A stretch of 64,000 nt of DNA from Camelus ferus (GCF_009834535.1 NC_045697.1:107262001-107326000); one strand, 5' to 3'; shown: positions 51,801 to 64,000, counted from the stretch's first letter. Notes: generated by a model from the sequence alone, not told the origin. Translations and numbers: made by a program.

Positions 51801-52815
51801 ATAAAACATACTTAAACCGGACTTCAGAACACAATCAGTACCTCCTTATTAAAAAAAAAAGAAAAAAAGAAAACAAAAAGGCAAGACACAGACTGGGGGG
51901 GGAAATATTTGTTAACTCATACATCTGATAAAAGACACATCCATAATATATAAAGAAGCCTCAAAACTCAACAATAAAAACACAAAAAAATGTGTAAAAG
52001 ATTTGAACACACACTTCACAAAAAAAAAGATAGACAAATAGCCAATAAGCCATGAAAAGATACTCAGTCTCTCTAGGCATTATAAGGATATAAATTAAAA
52101 CCACAGTGATATACTGTTACAGACCCACTCAAACATCTAATATTAAAAAGGCCAGCAATATCAGGTGTTAACAAAGATGTGGAGTAAGTAGAAAGCTCAT
52201 ACACTGCTTGTAGAAATGTAAAACTGTGCAACTGCCTTGGAAAAGAGCTTGGCAATTTCAGTTGCCATACCACTTAGCAATTCTACTTTATAAACTTATG
52301 AAATTAAAACACATGTCTACGCAAAGATTTGGACACCAATATTCATAAGTAGCTTGTTCATAACAGCCAAACCTAGAAATAGCCCAATGTCCATCACCAG
52401 ATGAATGGGTTAAAAAACTGTAACGTATTGATACAATCAATGGAAGATTACTTAGCAACAAGAAGGAACTACTAATACAAAACAACACAGATGAATCTTA
52501 AAAACATGCTAAAGAGAAGCCAAACTCCAAGGAGCACACATTGGATTATTCTGTTTGCATAAAACATTACCAAAAAGTCTTACTGATAGTAACAGGGAAT
52601 AGATCAGTGGTTTGCTCTGATCATCAACAGGAACAGGGTAGGGTTAGAGAAGCACAAGGAATTGACTGGGAGGGAGAAGACAGGAAACTTTTGCAGTGGT
52701 AGAAATGTTCTATTTCTTGATTATTCCATAGTTACACTTTTGTCCAAACTAATTAAAATATGTATACTTTATTGACTCCAACTGTATGTAAATTAACTCA
52801 ATAAAGTTGATTTTG
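48880..52815 (+). mobile_element. Decayed, internally deleted LINE-1 (ORF1-region, ORF2 and 3'UTR pieces)
   Basis: 'aatgctttccccctaaaatcagga', 'ctcaagacttactatgaagctacaata', 'aatgtccatcaccagatgaatgg', ends 'ctcaataaagttg'. Confidence 0.8.
51638..51866 (+). mobile_element. tRNA-derived SINE, Vic-1-like, with extended 3' region
   Basis: A and B boxes; TSD aagaaaacaaaaa(a)gg at 51622-51637 and 51867-51881. Confidence 0.88.
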
Positions 52816-52884
52816 TTTTCAAAGGAACACAGCAGACATTAAATCACTCCCTGAAACCAAACTATACTAACAATGACTTAACCT

Positions 52885-53470
52885 ACAGGTTCCCAAACTT
52901 TCTTGATGCATGACACTTATAGCTTCTCAGTAATTTTTTATGGTGCTCTAGACCAAAATAAATACTAAATATTTCTGTTTATTAAGTAGTTTGAACCAAC
53001 TACTTATTATTTATTATTTATATTTTAACAAATACATTTTATATTTTAACTTTACATCCTAACAATTTACTAGCCAATTGAAAATTAACACACAAATTAA
53101 AAGGAAAAATGTTTCCTTCATTAGTATATCAGCAAAATTATTTATTAACGGAATGTGCATCTCGGGCACTACACAACTTCTCAAATTTTGGAATCAGATT
53201 TCAAACCTCCTCATTTCCTGTTCCACACTGATTTTCACATGGTACTTGTTTTTTATCACAGCAACTATTAAAAACTTAGCTGTGCAAAGATATGGTATGA
53301 CCACAAGAAATGCAGCATAAAGTAAAGTTGAAACTTAAGCTAGTAGTTTGCACAGTGCCCCACACATGGCAAGTACACTGTGTTTCCCACAAACTTTCAA
53401 GTACCCTTTGGACACCTGTGACTTCCCTGTGGTGCCCCTGGTTACTCCAACACACAGTTTAGTTACCCAA
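52885..53470. mobile_element. hAT-Charlie DNA transposon relic (subfamily uncertain)
   Basis: Ends 'gttcccaaactt' and 'acacagtttagttacc'; internal 'acaacttctcaaattttggaatcagatt' recalled from Charlie-family elements. Confidence 0.5.
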
Positions 53471-53550
53471 GGTAAACTGCCCCATGCATCACCACCCTGT
53501 ATGTCAAGATCAACTAACACATGTTAAGCAGTGAACAGCAAGTAAAGTAC

Positions 53551-53697
53551 CTTGTATCCCAGGCCCAGCTGATAAATAGCAAAAATCTGAGCTGCATTAA
53601 GAGCTTCACTAAAAAGGTAAACTGCAGTCATCTGACCACAAAATACCCTATTAGCATCCGCTGTTTCTGATGAGCCCAGGAAACATTTGTCAAAGGT
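53551..53697 (-). CDS. LRBA: LRBA coding exon (approx. exon 9), 147 nt: TFDKCFLGSSETADANRVFCGQMTAVYLFSEALNAAQIFAIYQLGLGYK
   Basis: Acceptor ttcccag|ACC, donor AAG|gtactt; phase 0-0. Confidence 0.96.
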
Positions 53698-54694
53698 CTG
53701 GGAAAGAAAACAGAAAAATTTTTTAGAGAAAAAAACAAAAAACCATCTCCTCCAGAAATTATGACAACCTATACTGTTATAAATATTCTGTCCACTCTAA
53801 AATATAATCCAAATAGATTAAAACAATTCACTTAGCATTTCAGTTCATCCATTCCCATTTGGTGTAGAGATCAGAAAAGACATCAGAGAGAAAGAGATAA
53901 GGCAAATTATCCAAAGTACAATAAACAAAACTTGAAGATAAAGTGGCTGTAGGAAACAGCATCAGAGGAATCACTATGGATTCTGAAGGTTCATACTTGG
54001 TCAACCAAAGAACCAGACAGAAGAGCAGGCTTTAGAGCAAGGAGAAAAACACCAGTTAAGTTTGGGACATATAATAAATCTGTCTTTTCTGTGAACTAAT
54101 ATGGATGAAGAACCAATTGCCAACAGGGTTCTATTAGTCTGGTGAGAAGCGAAAACTGTAACGACAGATTTTTGCAGACATCAAGATACAAATAATGGGT
54201 AAAGTCATGGGGGCAGATGCAATCTCCCAAAAGGAATATGTAAATCTAAAAAACAGGTGTATGTTTTTCTTCTAACATTAAAAAAATCCTCTTAATATGA
54301 TCCAGGTTGCAAAGACCACATTTTAAAAACCCACGTGTACAACAAAGAGCAAAAGAAGTAAAGCACTTCATAGCTCTTTAAAAGTATCCTTTTATACATG
54401 AAACCATTATGAAGAATGTTGAAAAATACATATGTATTGACATTAAGGAATATAGAAAAATTTTTAAGACTTGGGTTTTGAAGACAAACCACCTAGATGA
54501 AACCACTGCTTCCCATGCTGCTGATGTTGGCAAAATGAAGATTACAACAGTACTTATCTTGCAAGGTTGGGGCTTACAGAAAATAAAGGTATTACAATGC
54601 AAGAAGCACTCAATAAAGGTTATGTAAGGAAAAAACAGGTTGAAAAACAATACACATATCCAACTCCTTTTTCGTATTAAAAAAAAAAAATAAG

Positions 54695-54915
54695 AGCTAA
54701 CACTCACTGAGCACTTATGCTGTACAAGGCACTCTGCCGATGGCTTTGTGAACATATCTCATTTAATCAACCTTCTGAGATAGGTACTATTTTACACTCA
54801 TTTTTAGATAGAGCAAACTCAGCCCTAATAGATTAAATAAGGTCATGTAGTCAATAAGTAACAAAGCAGGGATCCAAACCTAAGTCTATCTGTTATAACA
54901 ACCTGAGCTCCTAAG
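54695..54915 (-). mobile_element. MIR SINE
   Basis: 'actgagcacttatgctgt', 'tctcatttaatc', 'gagataggtactatt..cattttagatagagcaaact', 'gggatccaaaccta'. Confidence 0.8.
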
Positions 54916-55482
54916 GCTAGCATTTCAAAATATGTAAATATGTATAGCATAGTGATGTGAAAGGAGGAGTTAATGGTGAACGGGTGGTGCAAGTTTGTAT
55001 TTATTTTCCTGATCTGTATTTTTCAAGTTTTCTATTAAAAATGTAATTGGCAGAAAAAAAGAACATTTGAATTTAATTCTAACTATGGATCTCTTTTTGA
55101 ATCCTGAAAATATTATAATAGTTATGTATAGCAGGTATGAATTATATCGAAAATTTATAACCATGCATCAACTAGTGCATTCATAAAAATGATCGAAAAA
55201 TTTAATTTGATCAATGGACTGATGACACGAACTCTTTCAGGATACACCTACTGTTATCAATGAATCCTTATCTCTACCCTATCCAGAATAATTTTATAAC
55301 AAGGACTGAGTAATATCTTATGTGACACATTAACACAGTTCCACTCTATTAATATATATTAATATATTAAACATACTAGCCAAACTATGATTATAATAAT
55401 CCACCACTGTGGTATTCTGAAGTTTATACTCCGTGTAAAATATATTTTTCAAAAATTTAACTAACTTTTTCAGAGTACTTAC

Positions 55483-55602
55483 ATCACTGGTGTTGACAAA
55501 CCATGTTATCTCTCCATAGGAAGCAAGCTCACCATTCACGTAACATCGTAGCTCACTGTTCTTCCATCGATTATAAATGTGCACTATAGTTACCATATAC
55601 CA
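55483..55602 (-). CDS. LRBA: LRBA coding exon (approx. exon 8), 120 nt: [40 protein letters not shown]
   Basis: Acceptor attcag|TGG, donor GAT|gtaagt; phase 0-0; inside ORF 55330..55659. Confidence 0.96.
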
Positions 55603-56291
55603 CTGAATAAGCAAAACAGTTTTAATAAAAGATAATGATCTTTCCAATAACTCAATCACATTGGTAATTAGTAAAAATTAAATGCTAAATTACAATTAAA
55701 TCTAAAAAAAAGACTACCTTTATTAAATTCAATATTCTACCCCTGGAATAATACTGATTTAAGGGAGCTTTCAACAGGTAAGAGCTTACCCATTAAATTA
55801 TTTTTCCCTTACCTATGAAATTACTATGAAAATGTTCAAATATACCCTTCAAAAGTGAAGAGTTTAGTACACTCTCTCCCACCACCTAGTTTCCACAACT
55901 GTCAACATTTTGTCATATTTGTTTTATCTGCCTATCTACATGTGTATGTATGCACATTTTGTTAATAAACCATTCTTTTATATCTAAATGTAAAGGTACA
56001 AAAGAAAACACATAGTACTACTACCACTACTAAAATAACTGCCACTGACATTTTCCCCTTATATTGCCCTTAAACTCTACAAACAACTAAATATTCACTC
56101 TTTTTATTATCCAACTCAGAGCAGTTAACAATTGTCCAGCAATTTATACTTCATTTTCTAAAACAGTTTAAAATCAGAGTTGTGATTTACCACATATTAT
56201 GATGTCAATAACATTACAACAAAGCATTGTGAAGGTTAGAATACCTTAGAATAGCTTGGTAACATAACTATGACTTAGTAAGATCACATAC

Positions 56292-56418
56292 CTTTTGTGG
56301 TTTGAAATCAAATTTCACACAGTGTTGAAACCCTTTTCCTTTTGACTTTATTGATGTTATAATTAAACAGCCCCCAACAAAGTGAGCAGAATAACCAAGA
56401 CCTTTGCTGGTTCTGAAA
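56292..56418 (-). CDS. LRBA: LRBA coding exon (approx. exon 7), 127 nt: [42 protein letters not shown]
   Basis: Acceptor ttatag|T, donor AAG|gtatgt; phase 2-0; preceded by an 88-nt intron. Confidence 0.96.
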
Positions 56419-56506
56419 CTATAAAGAGTAAATTTTTTATTTCATCTCGAAATACTCTTCTCATTTTCAAAGTAAAATTACAATACTATGTTACAGAAAT
56501 ACATAC

Positions 56507-56628
56507 CAGTACAAATATGGTTTATCTTTATCCACATTGATGTTATTTACAGGATCCATTCTAAGCCACGTATGAAATGTAAAACCATTCTGGTATGGCC
56601 ATTTGGCTATAGGAGGTAATGCAATAGC
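56507..56628 (-). CDS. LRBA: LRBA coding exon (approx. exon 6), 122 nt: [40 protein letters not shown](C); start of the ConA-like domain
   Basis: Acceptor cttcag|GCT, donor TG|gtatgt; phase 0-2; inside ORF 56491..56685. Confidence 0.96.
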
Positions 56629-57169
56629 CTGAAGGAACAAACTCTGAGTTACTGGCTCACACTGGAAAACTGTTATCGAAATCATGAAAATGAGACCTTA
56701 CAATGTTATATATATTTCTACTACATATTATTCTATGTCATGATTAAAATATGCAGAAGTAGTCTCTTTATCTGAAAGAAGATTTTTAATAACTCCTAAA
56801 TTTTCGAAAATGCATAGTAATGATGTTAATTTAGTTAAACAACAGAAACATTCCATGTGACCTGCTTGACACACTAATCTTATTTGCTTCATTTCTTACA
56901 GTGAATATATACAAAGAGATTCCAATTAAACGAGATAGGTAATTATATCAAATTGGAAATCCATTACTAAAATGTCAAGGTAACAGAACAGAGAAAGATG
57001 GACAAGAGGAAAGAAAAAAGTTAAGGAAAAAGCTTGAAATATAAATTTTTAACCAAATATATCAAGCTGAAGAAGATTCATTCATAACATTTTTTCATAA
57101 CATTTTAAAATTTATATTCATAAGTCACTATATAAATTACTTCACCACTTGGCTTAAAATTTTATTTAC

Positions 57170-58642
57170 CATATCACAGTATGGAATGAAAGGGACACAA
57201 AATAGCCAAAACAATCTTGAAAAAGAACAAAGTTGGAGGACTCAAATTACCAAATTCAAAACCTATAACACAAAGACACAGCAATGAAGATTGTGTGGTA
57301 TTGGCATAAAGATACAGATAAAGACCAACAGAGTGGCATCAAGAGCCCAGAATAAACTCTTACGTTTGTGCCTTAATTTTCAACAACAGTGTCAAGACAG
57401 TTCAATGAGGAAAGAATAGTGTTTTCAACAAATGTGCTGAAAAAACTGATATCTACAAGCAAAAGTATGAAGCTGACCACTTCTTTATATCATATACAAA
57501 AAATTAACCTCAAATCCATCATGCATCTAAATGTGAAAGCCAAAACTATAAAATTCTTATAAGGAAAAATAAGGGTAAATATGACACTGGGTTAGGTAAA
57601 TCCTTCTTAATTATGCACAAGCAACAAAAAAAATAAATGAACTGGACTTCATTAAAATTAAAAACTTCTGTGCTTTAAAGGATACCATCAAGAAAATGAA
57701 AAACAAGACAAAAGAATGCGAGAAAATATTTGCAAATTATTTATCTGATAAGGAACTTGTATCCAGAAGAATATATAAAGAATTCTTACAATTCAATACT
57801 AAAAAGACAAATGCAATTTTTAAACGGACAAAAGACCTGAATGGGTATGTCTCCAAAGACGTGCAAATGGCCAAAAAGGACATACAAAGATGCTCAACAT
57901 AATCAGTCATTAAGGAAATGCAGAACAAAACAAGGAGGTATAACTTCATCCCCACTAGGAGGGCTATAATCAAACAGACAGACATTAACAAGTGTTGACA
58001 AGCATATGGAGAAACTGGAACCCTCATAAATTGCAGGTGAGACTGCAAAATAATACAGCCACTTTGGAAAACACTCTGGAAGTCCCTCATATGGTTAAAC
58101 AATATGACTCAACAATTCCACTCCTAGGTACATACACAAGAGAAATGAATACATGTCCACATAAAAATTAGTACACAAAGGCCCAGAGAGCAGCCCCCAA
58201 AAGTGGAATTAATTCAAACATCCACTAATTAATGAATAATTAAACAAAATATGGTATATTCTTATCTTAGAATATTAGCCATGAAAAGGAATGAAGCACT
58301 GATACATGTCACAACATGAATGGACCTTGAAAACAGTATGGTAAGTGGAAAAAGCCAGTAACAAAAGTCCAGGTATTGTATGGCTCCATCTGTCTCCAGA
58401 GTAGACAAATCCACAGACACAGAAAGTAGAAGAGTGGTTACCTAGGCCTGAGAGTTTGGGGTGAAATGTGCAGTGACTGCTAATGATTGTGGGGTTTCTT
58501 TTGGGTGTGATGAAAACGTTCTAAAATTGATTGTAATAATGGTTGCACAGCTTGCTGAATACACTTAATCATTCAATGTACACTTTAAATGAGTGAACTA
58601 TATGATATGTGGATTATAACTCAATAAAGCTGTTTAAAAAAG
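57170..58642 (+). mobile_element. LINE-1 3' part (end of ORF2 plus 3'UTR, L1MB-like)
   Basis: 'aatagccaaaacaatcttgaaaaagaacaaagttggaggactca'; ORF 57696..57902 (EKIFANYLSDKELVSR) is ORF2-like; ends 'ctcaataaagctgtttaaaaa'. Confidence 0.92.
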
Positions 58643-60112
58643 CTACAAAGCTTTTGTTTGACTGTTATAACTTACATATACATTTATGTTTATACATCAT
58701 ATATACACATATACTCTTTTGTATGTATAAGATATTCCATAAAACATGAAAAACATCAGAGTCAAATTTATGTAATAACACTACTGAGACCTTCAAGAGG
58801 CTGATTTAAAGTGAAGCTACATTAAGAAAAAAAATAAAAGAATACATATTCACTGTATATATATGTTCTCTCTCACTGAAAAATGAGTAGAAAATGTGAA
58901 AGCTGTGTCAGAATAATTTATCCCTGAATACTTTAGTTTCCCTTTAAAAGCTATATTTAAGGGGGGAAAAAATGAGTCACTGATTATATTTAAAATATCT
59001 ATTCTCTGAAAGTTCCAAAAGCTGCATAGCTGAACTGCCCCACTTTTAATATACATACAAGTAAATGGAATGGGCATATTATAATCTCAAAGAATTATAA
59101 ATACTAAAAGTATAACATGAATGAAAAAAGGTTAATCTCATGAAAATACTTTTTTTTTAATGTTTGAGACAAATGATAAGCTCAAAGCCAAAAGAGGAAA
59201 GTTATTCTGAAAAGCTTCAAATCCAAAATAGTTACTGAGGAAAAATTATAAAGAAAAGATAATACTAGCAATAAAACTTTTCAAACAAAACAGTATATAG
59301 TGTGTGAAGCATTCAAATATCACAAATGTCCTTTTAAAACACTTTTTTTTTTCCTTCTGTAAGTATTGCCTGGCTACATAGGGGCCATAATCAAGTAAGA
59401 GATAATGAAAACAAAAGTAAAAAAATGAATAAAAGGTAAGGTCAGAAAAAGAACAGGCTGAAATATCTTCAAAAAATGTTTGCTTTTAACAGGCAGACCA
59501 ATGTAATCATGAGGTGAAAAAGCCTTCATAAACAACACATATACATTATATAATGTAATCCTATAACATTACTGCCATACATAACTGCCATACATAACTG
59601 TCTTATTTATAAACTGGTTAACAGCTTATAAGAATGCCGAGACTAATACAATATGGAAACTCACAGGTTAGGAAAACTTGCCTTAGAAAGTTCTTAAGAG
59701 TTACTCTCATTTTATACATCACATGCTAAAGAAACAGGAATTGGGAAACGTAAAGCTAAAGAAAGATGTTCAGAAAGTAGAAGTCAAAGTATTACAGAAA
59801 AATTTCTATTTCAGAATGCAGAGATAAAATTCATAAGACGACACAGCCTATGTTGAAAAGAATTGGGTTCTTATTCCATTTCTGCCCCAAGGAGTGAATG
59901 AAAAGCTTTCTTAACTTCTTTGAGCCTTTATTTCTTCACCTCTAAAACAGTCAGGAAAAAGCAACATGCACAACTGCCGTGAGGATTAAGTTAGGTTGTG
60001 CAGAGAAGTTTCTACCTAACACAGAACCTGTCAGGAGTGTTTACAGGGCTGTATTTTCAGGAAGCAAAGGAAAGAAGAACTCCAAGTGATTTCCTCATTA
60101 AGATTTACTTAC

Positions 60113-60208
60113 TGCAGCACTCTTTCCTGGAAAGTTGAAAAAGGCATCGGGGCCATACTTTTGAGGCATATGTTTTAACACAGACAGCAACTTCCCAGCA
60201 TGTGGAGG
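60113..60208 (-). CDS. LRBA: LRBA coding exon (approx. exon 5), 96 nt: PPHAGKLLSVLKHMPQKYGPDAFFNFPGKSAA
   Basis: Acceptor tttgtag|CCT, donor GCA|gtaagt; phase 0-0; open frame. Confidence 0.96.
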
Positions 60209-60609
60209 CTACAAACATAATCAATAATTCATTAACCACACTATTCACCATAGAACAAAAATACCTACTTTTAATACAGCCACAATTTAATATACCCCAA
60301 AATAACTAAATAATTCTATAAGCTAAAAAGCATTCAAAATAACCAAAGAAAGGTTATTTTTAACTATCTTCAAGAAATAAACAATACTGTCTATGCCACT
60401 TTTTTGCACGAGGCATTGGGTAAATAGGAGCCAGTATCAGTTTGACACTTGGAACTCTTCTCCACTCTACACCAAAAACGAGCTTTTAAAATTACAAACT
60501 ACATTAACTCACCACCCATACCTCTTTAAAACACTTTTTAATTTCACACACACAAAAAAAAAACAAACTTACCAGGCCCCATAGTTAAAGGCACTTTAAA
60601 AATAAAATA

Positions 60610-60765
60610 TTTTAGCCTCATAACCACAGTAGGGGTTATTACTATCCCATTCTACAGAGGATGAATCTGCGGCAGAGGAATATGTCCAAGTTTACACAGG
60701 TAGTAAGTGACAGGATGGATCAGAATTCAATGTGAATCTAAGGTCCATGCAGCTAATCACTACAC
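60610..60765 (-). mobile_element. MIR SINE fragment
   Basis: 'ttattactatcccattctacagaggatgaatctg..gtccaagtttacacaggtagtaagtgacag'. Confidence 0.65.
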
Positions 60766-60789
60766 TTTCACCATTATGTTCTACTATCT

Positions 60790-61200
60790 CTCCTGTAGCT
60801 TCCCACTGCCTTTAAAATAAAGACCAAAATCCTTAACATGGCCCACAAGATACTTTTTTTTTAACCTCCTCAGCCTCTTTTTGCATCTCATCTCCCCTTC
60901 TCTCTGCACTCCATCTACAATGTCTTCTCTGTCTTCCTCCCATAATAGGGACTGAGCACAAGCTAATCCTTGTGCTTAAAATATTCTCACTGGGCCGATT
61001 CCTCACTCCCCCTCCTTAACTAAATAAATCTTACCCATCATTCAGAGCTCATCTTAATGGTCACTTCTCAGGGCAGTCTTCCCTGACCTCTGAGGCTGGA
61101 TCAAAACTCCCTATCATATTTCATTCTACAATATACCTCTACTATATAGCATGCATAAAAGTTGTAACATTACATTTACTTGATTAATGCCTCTTTGACC
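60790..61200 (+). mobile_element. LINE-2 fragment
   Basis: 'cttcccactgcc..ataaagaccaaaatccttaacatggcccacaag', 'tcacttctcagggcagtcttccctgacc'. Confidence 0.7.
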
Positions 61201-61949
61201 CACAAGTCTCCTCTAATACATTAAACAACCAATAGCTAAGACAAAAAGGCACATTTATATTTACAAGGAAAAGCAAAGGACAATCAGATATACGCTATCA
61301 TTTTAATCAGATTACAAGCAAATAAGTGTAGTACATTCCTCTTAAAAGTTCAAAGTTCAAAACAGTGTCAAACTCAAGTGAAATCATTGGCTTGCCTTCA
61401 TCTTATTTGGCAGCTACTCTAAATTTCCATTACTATCTAAAACAGTTCAGCAATCTTTTACCTAAAAAGTGGAAACGTTGATCTTAAGTATTCAAGAAAT
61501 TTTCAGTTAACCACACTGCTCAATTATAAAAGTATAGGAACAAGTTACTACAATCACACTTTTTTAAAATAAATTCTAAGATGAAATTACCAAAAGTAAC
61601 GGCAGTCAAAAATTAAAACATAGTATTATAGCATTTCCATCTAGAGAAATCATTCCTCCAAATTTCCTCTTCATACACCAATCAAAAAAAAAATGCATTA
61701 GGATAAGCACTTTCTTCCACAGACACTGCTGAGAGATTGTACACTAGGAAAACCTTTCAGAAAATAACTTAGTCATATTTCAAGAGTCTTTAAAAATGTT
61801 TATTCCCATTGATACACTATTTCCATATGTGAAAATCTGTTCTAAAGTAATAATCAGAAAGGCAGATACAGATACAGGGATTTTTCACTGCACTGACATG
61901 ATAGCAAAAGCTACATAAATATAATGTCTGAGCAAAGCCTTGCTCTTTT

Positions 61950-62670
61950 TTTTTTTTAAACTAACAATGGTTCATTAATTTTTTTCTCCTTTATCCACTA
62001 CACCTATTCTCTTCCTACTCCCAATCCCATAAGCAATTATGTTAACATGTTTAATCTTTTTATATGTATTCCTTCAAAAATGTGTTTCTGTATGATTTTA
62101 CTTATAATTTAAATGATGTTGGGTTAGATATATCATTCTCTTTCTTACTTTCTTCCTGCTGTTTGGTATCTATTCATATCACTCTACGCACTGATTCTAA
62201 CTGCTATGTCATAATCTACTCCATGCATCCAATACATTTTACCTGTTTACTCTAATAGACACACATGTTGACAATTCACTGCCATCAAAAATAATGCTTC
62301 AGTGAACATTCTCATGTATATTTCCTTACAGAACTATGTGACAATTTCTTGGAACATGCACTCTCCTTAACTCCTAAGTCACTGGATATGGGTATAATTT
62401 AAGTGACTAAGCAGTGCTAGATTGGTCTTGAGTTTGGATCCACTGGTGTTCATTCCAACCAATAGTACACAGGTTTAAAATAACTCTAATCCCCCCAATT
62501 ATACTTGATATTATCCAACTTTATAATTCTTGATACTAATAGATATAAGGTGACATATCAATATCGTTTTAATTTAAACATCTCTAGTTATTAGTGATTT
62601 AGCATTTATTTGATTATGGGGTTTCTATCCCTGTAAATAAATATTTGTTCATATCCTTTGCTAGTTTCTT
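61950..62670 (-). mobile_element. Old LINE-1 3' fragment (L1ME-like)
   Basis: 'aataatgcttcagtgaacattctcatgtata', 'cattccaaccaatagtac', 'tttgttcatatcctttgc'. Confidence 0.55.
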
Positions 62671-62779
62671 CTAGTTTTCTATATTCACCAATGTAACAAA
62701 AAAAGTTTTAATTACATATTCAGAATAAATAAATTATTTGAATATAAATCAAACCCAAAATCAAACCAGTATATGTCTT

Positions 62780-64000
62780 CTAGATATGACACAGTAACAA
62801 GAGCTACACTTACCAACTCACCATAAACAACTAGAAAACTGAACAAAATGTATGAAAGAAAACTGTTTTCAGGCATAGAAAAGAGGTAGGTAAAGACTGT
62901 GAGCCTTGAGAAGAGGAAACAAAATGAGCCATCAGAGGACCCTAACTTTCTACCTGGAGTCAATTTCCATATCACATTTCACTGCACAGGGAGAGGGAAA
63001 CCAAAGAGAATCTGTAAGTCTCACTGAGTTGATGAGGTAGGAATTGGAAAAAGGATAGTGTGAGGTGGATAGAACCTTCAGGGTACAGTACTACAGAGGA
63101 AGGGCCTATGCAGAGAAGAAGCTCCAGAAATCTGCACTCACTGTTTGACATTAATACCAAACTGTTCATTTCTACCATAAACTCAACAAGATTTTGAAAG
63201 CTGTAAGTCAAAGAATCCCCAGAGCTGGTAGGAAGCCATAAATTGTTGAGACCCTAGTAGGTACTATGGAGATCGTCTTGCACGACCTGTTGCCTCATGT
63301 CTGAGAATCAGGGTCATTTATAGGTAACCTAGAAAAGTCAGGCCTGAATAACAAGGCTGACCTAGCCCTAGAGTAACAGCCAATCTGGATCTGACCAAAA
63401 AGACCTTTAAAACTAGCCTGAAAAAATAAAGTTAATCCACAAGTAACTTATTTGCCTCCAAAAACAGTCTAACAATCTTAAATGGAATACGACAAAATCT
63501 AGCACTGAACAAGGAATAACTCACTTTGTCTAACATCACCATGTCTAAAATCACTAGCATAAAGGTGGGTGATAGCTCAGTGGTACAGCGTACGCTTAGC
63601 ATGCATGAAATCCTGGGTTCAATCACAAGTACCTCCATTAAAAAAGAAAAAAAAGGAAAATATGACTTATAAGTAAAAGGAGAATGAGTGAGCAAAAAAC
63701 TGATCTAGAACATGACAGATTTGACAGAATTAGTAGACAAGAACATTAAAGCAACTATGAATATGCTACATATTCCCAAGGATTTAAAGGAAAACACAAA
63801 TGAGGCGGAAAATGGAAGATATTAAAAAGAGCCAAATGGAATTTAGAGATTAAAAACATATGAAATTTGAAAAAAATTTTTGAAAGTTTTAATGAATGTT
63901 AACACACTGCAAAAGAAAAGATCAATTACCTTAAAAACAGCAATCAAAGCAATCTAAAATGAAGCACAAAGAGAAACAACTAAAAAAAAAAAAAGTTAAC
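62780..64000 (+). mobile_element. Decayed LINE-1 5'/ORF1-region fragment
   Basis: 'gaattagtagacaagaacattaaagcaactat', 'aaatggaatttagagattaaaaac', 'cactgcaaaagaaaagatcaatta'; same style as 24120-25200. Confidence 0.6.
63564..63655 (+). mobile_element. tRNA-derived SINE, Vic-1-like (short form)
   Basis: 'tagctcagtggtacagcgtacgcttagcatgcatgaaatcctgggttcaatcacaagtacctccatt' plus A tail. Confidence 0.88.

Larger units (their letters stand above)
1..64000 (-). other. LRBA: Internal part of the LRBA gene (LPS-responsive beige-like anchor protein): 18 coding exons plus introns; gene continues beyond both window ends
   Basis: Spliced translation of 18 minus-strand exons gives a continuous 739-aa frame that matches LRBA as I recall it ([62 protein letters not shown]) better than its paralogue NBEA. 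Confidence 0.96.

Noticed and set aside
56419..56506. 88-nt intron as a mirtron or snoRNA host
   Set aside because: No end-to-end hairpin and no convincing C/D or H/ACA layout visible; short introns are ordinary.
59571..59600. Short tandem duplications (actgccatacata x2; similar cases at 17829-17863 and 35974-36025)
   Set aside because: Ordinary slippage duplications with no sign of function.
15037..60208. Gene could be the paralogue NBEA (neurobeachin)
   Set aside because: Diagnostic residues ([37 protein letters not shown]) fit LRBA as recalled; reciprocal BLAST would settle it.
5663..63655. tRNA genes suggested by A/B boxes
   Set aside because: Each has an A-rich tail, most have TSDs, and the stems are mutated; these are SINE heads, not tRNA genes.
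1..64000. Nested gene (such as MAB21L2), CRISPR array or prokaryote-like system
   Set aside because: No long + strand ORF, no repeat-spacer array and no operon-like structure; MAB21L2 lies in a later LRBA intron outside this window.

Overview
AT-rich mammalian genomic DNA lying entirely inside the LRBA gene (BEACH-family trafficking protein) on the minus strand. I resolved 18 consecutive coding exons (60208 down to 15037), all with GT-AG boundaries and compatible phases. They splice into a stop-free 2217-nt / 739-aa frame (PPHAGKLLSV...DTLSITHSK) covering the ConA-like (laminin-G-like) domain and the following helical region, probably equivalent to human exons 5-22 (numbering recalled, not verified). 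The start, BEACH/WD40 domains and stop lie outside the window. Eight tRNA-derived SINEs resembling Vic-1 point to a camelid (alpaca/llama/camel). The introns are mostly decayed L1, L2, MIR, ERV1/ERVL/MaLR solo LTRs and hAT MITEs; repeat family names come from recalled consensus similarity and repeat ends are approximate. I found no evidence of a new biological system. The best second-look items are three small retro-insertions nested in old L1s (an orphan 3'UTR-like retrocopy, a polyadenylated LTR-like fragment, a tiny 5'-inverted L1), a diverged ~165-bp local duplication, a GC/CpG-rich block beside a gene-sense LTR lacking its poly(A) signal, a CTCF-like motif, a candidate poison exon, and an all-antisense orientation of the SINEs.
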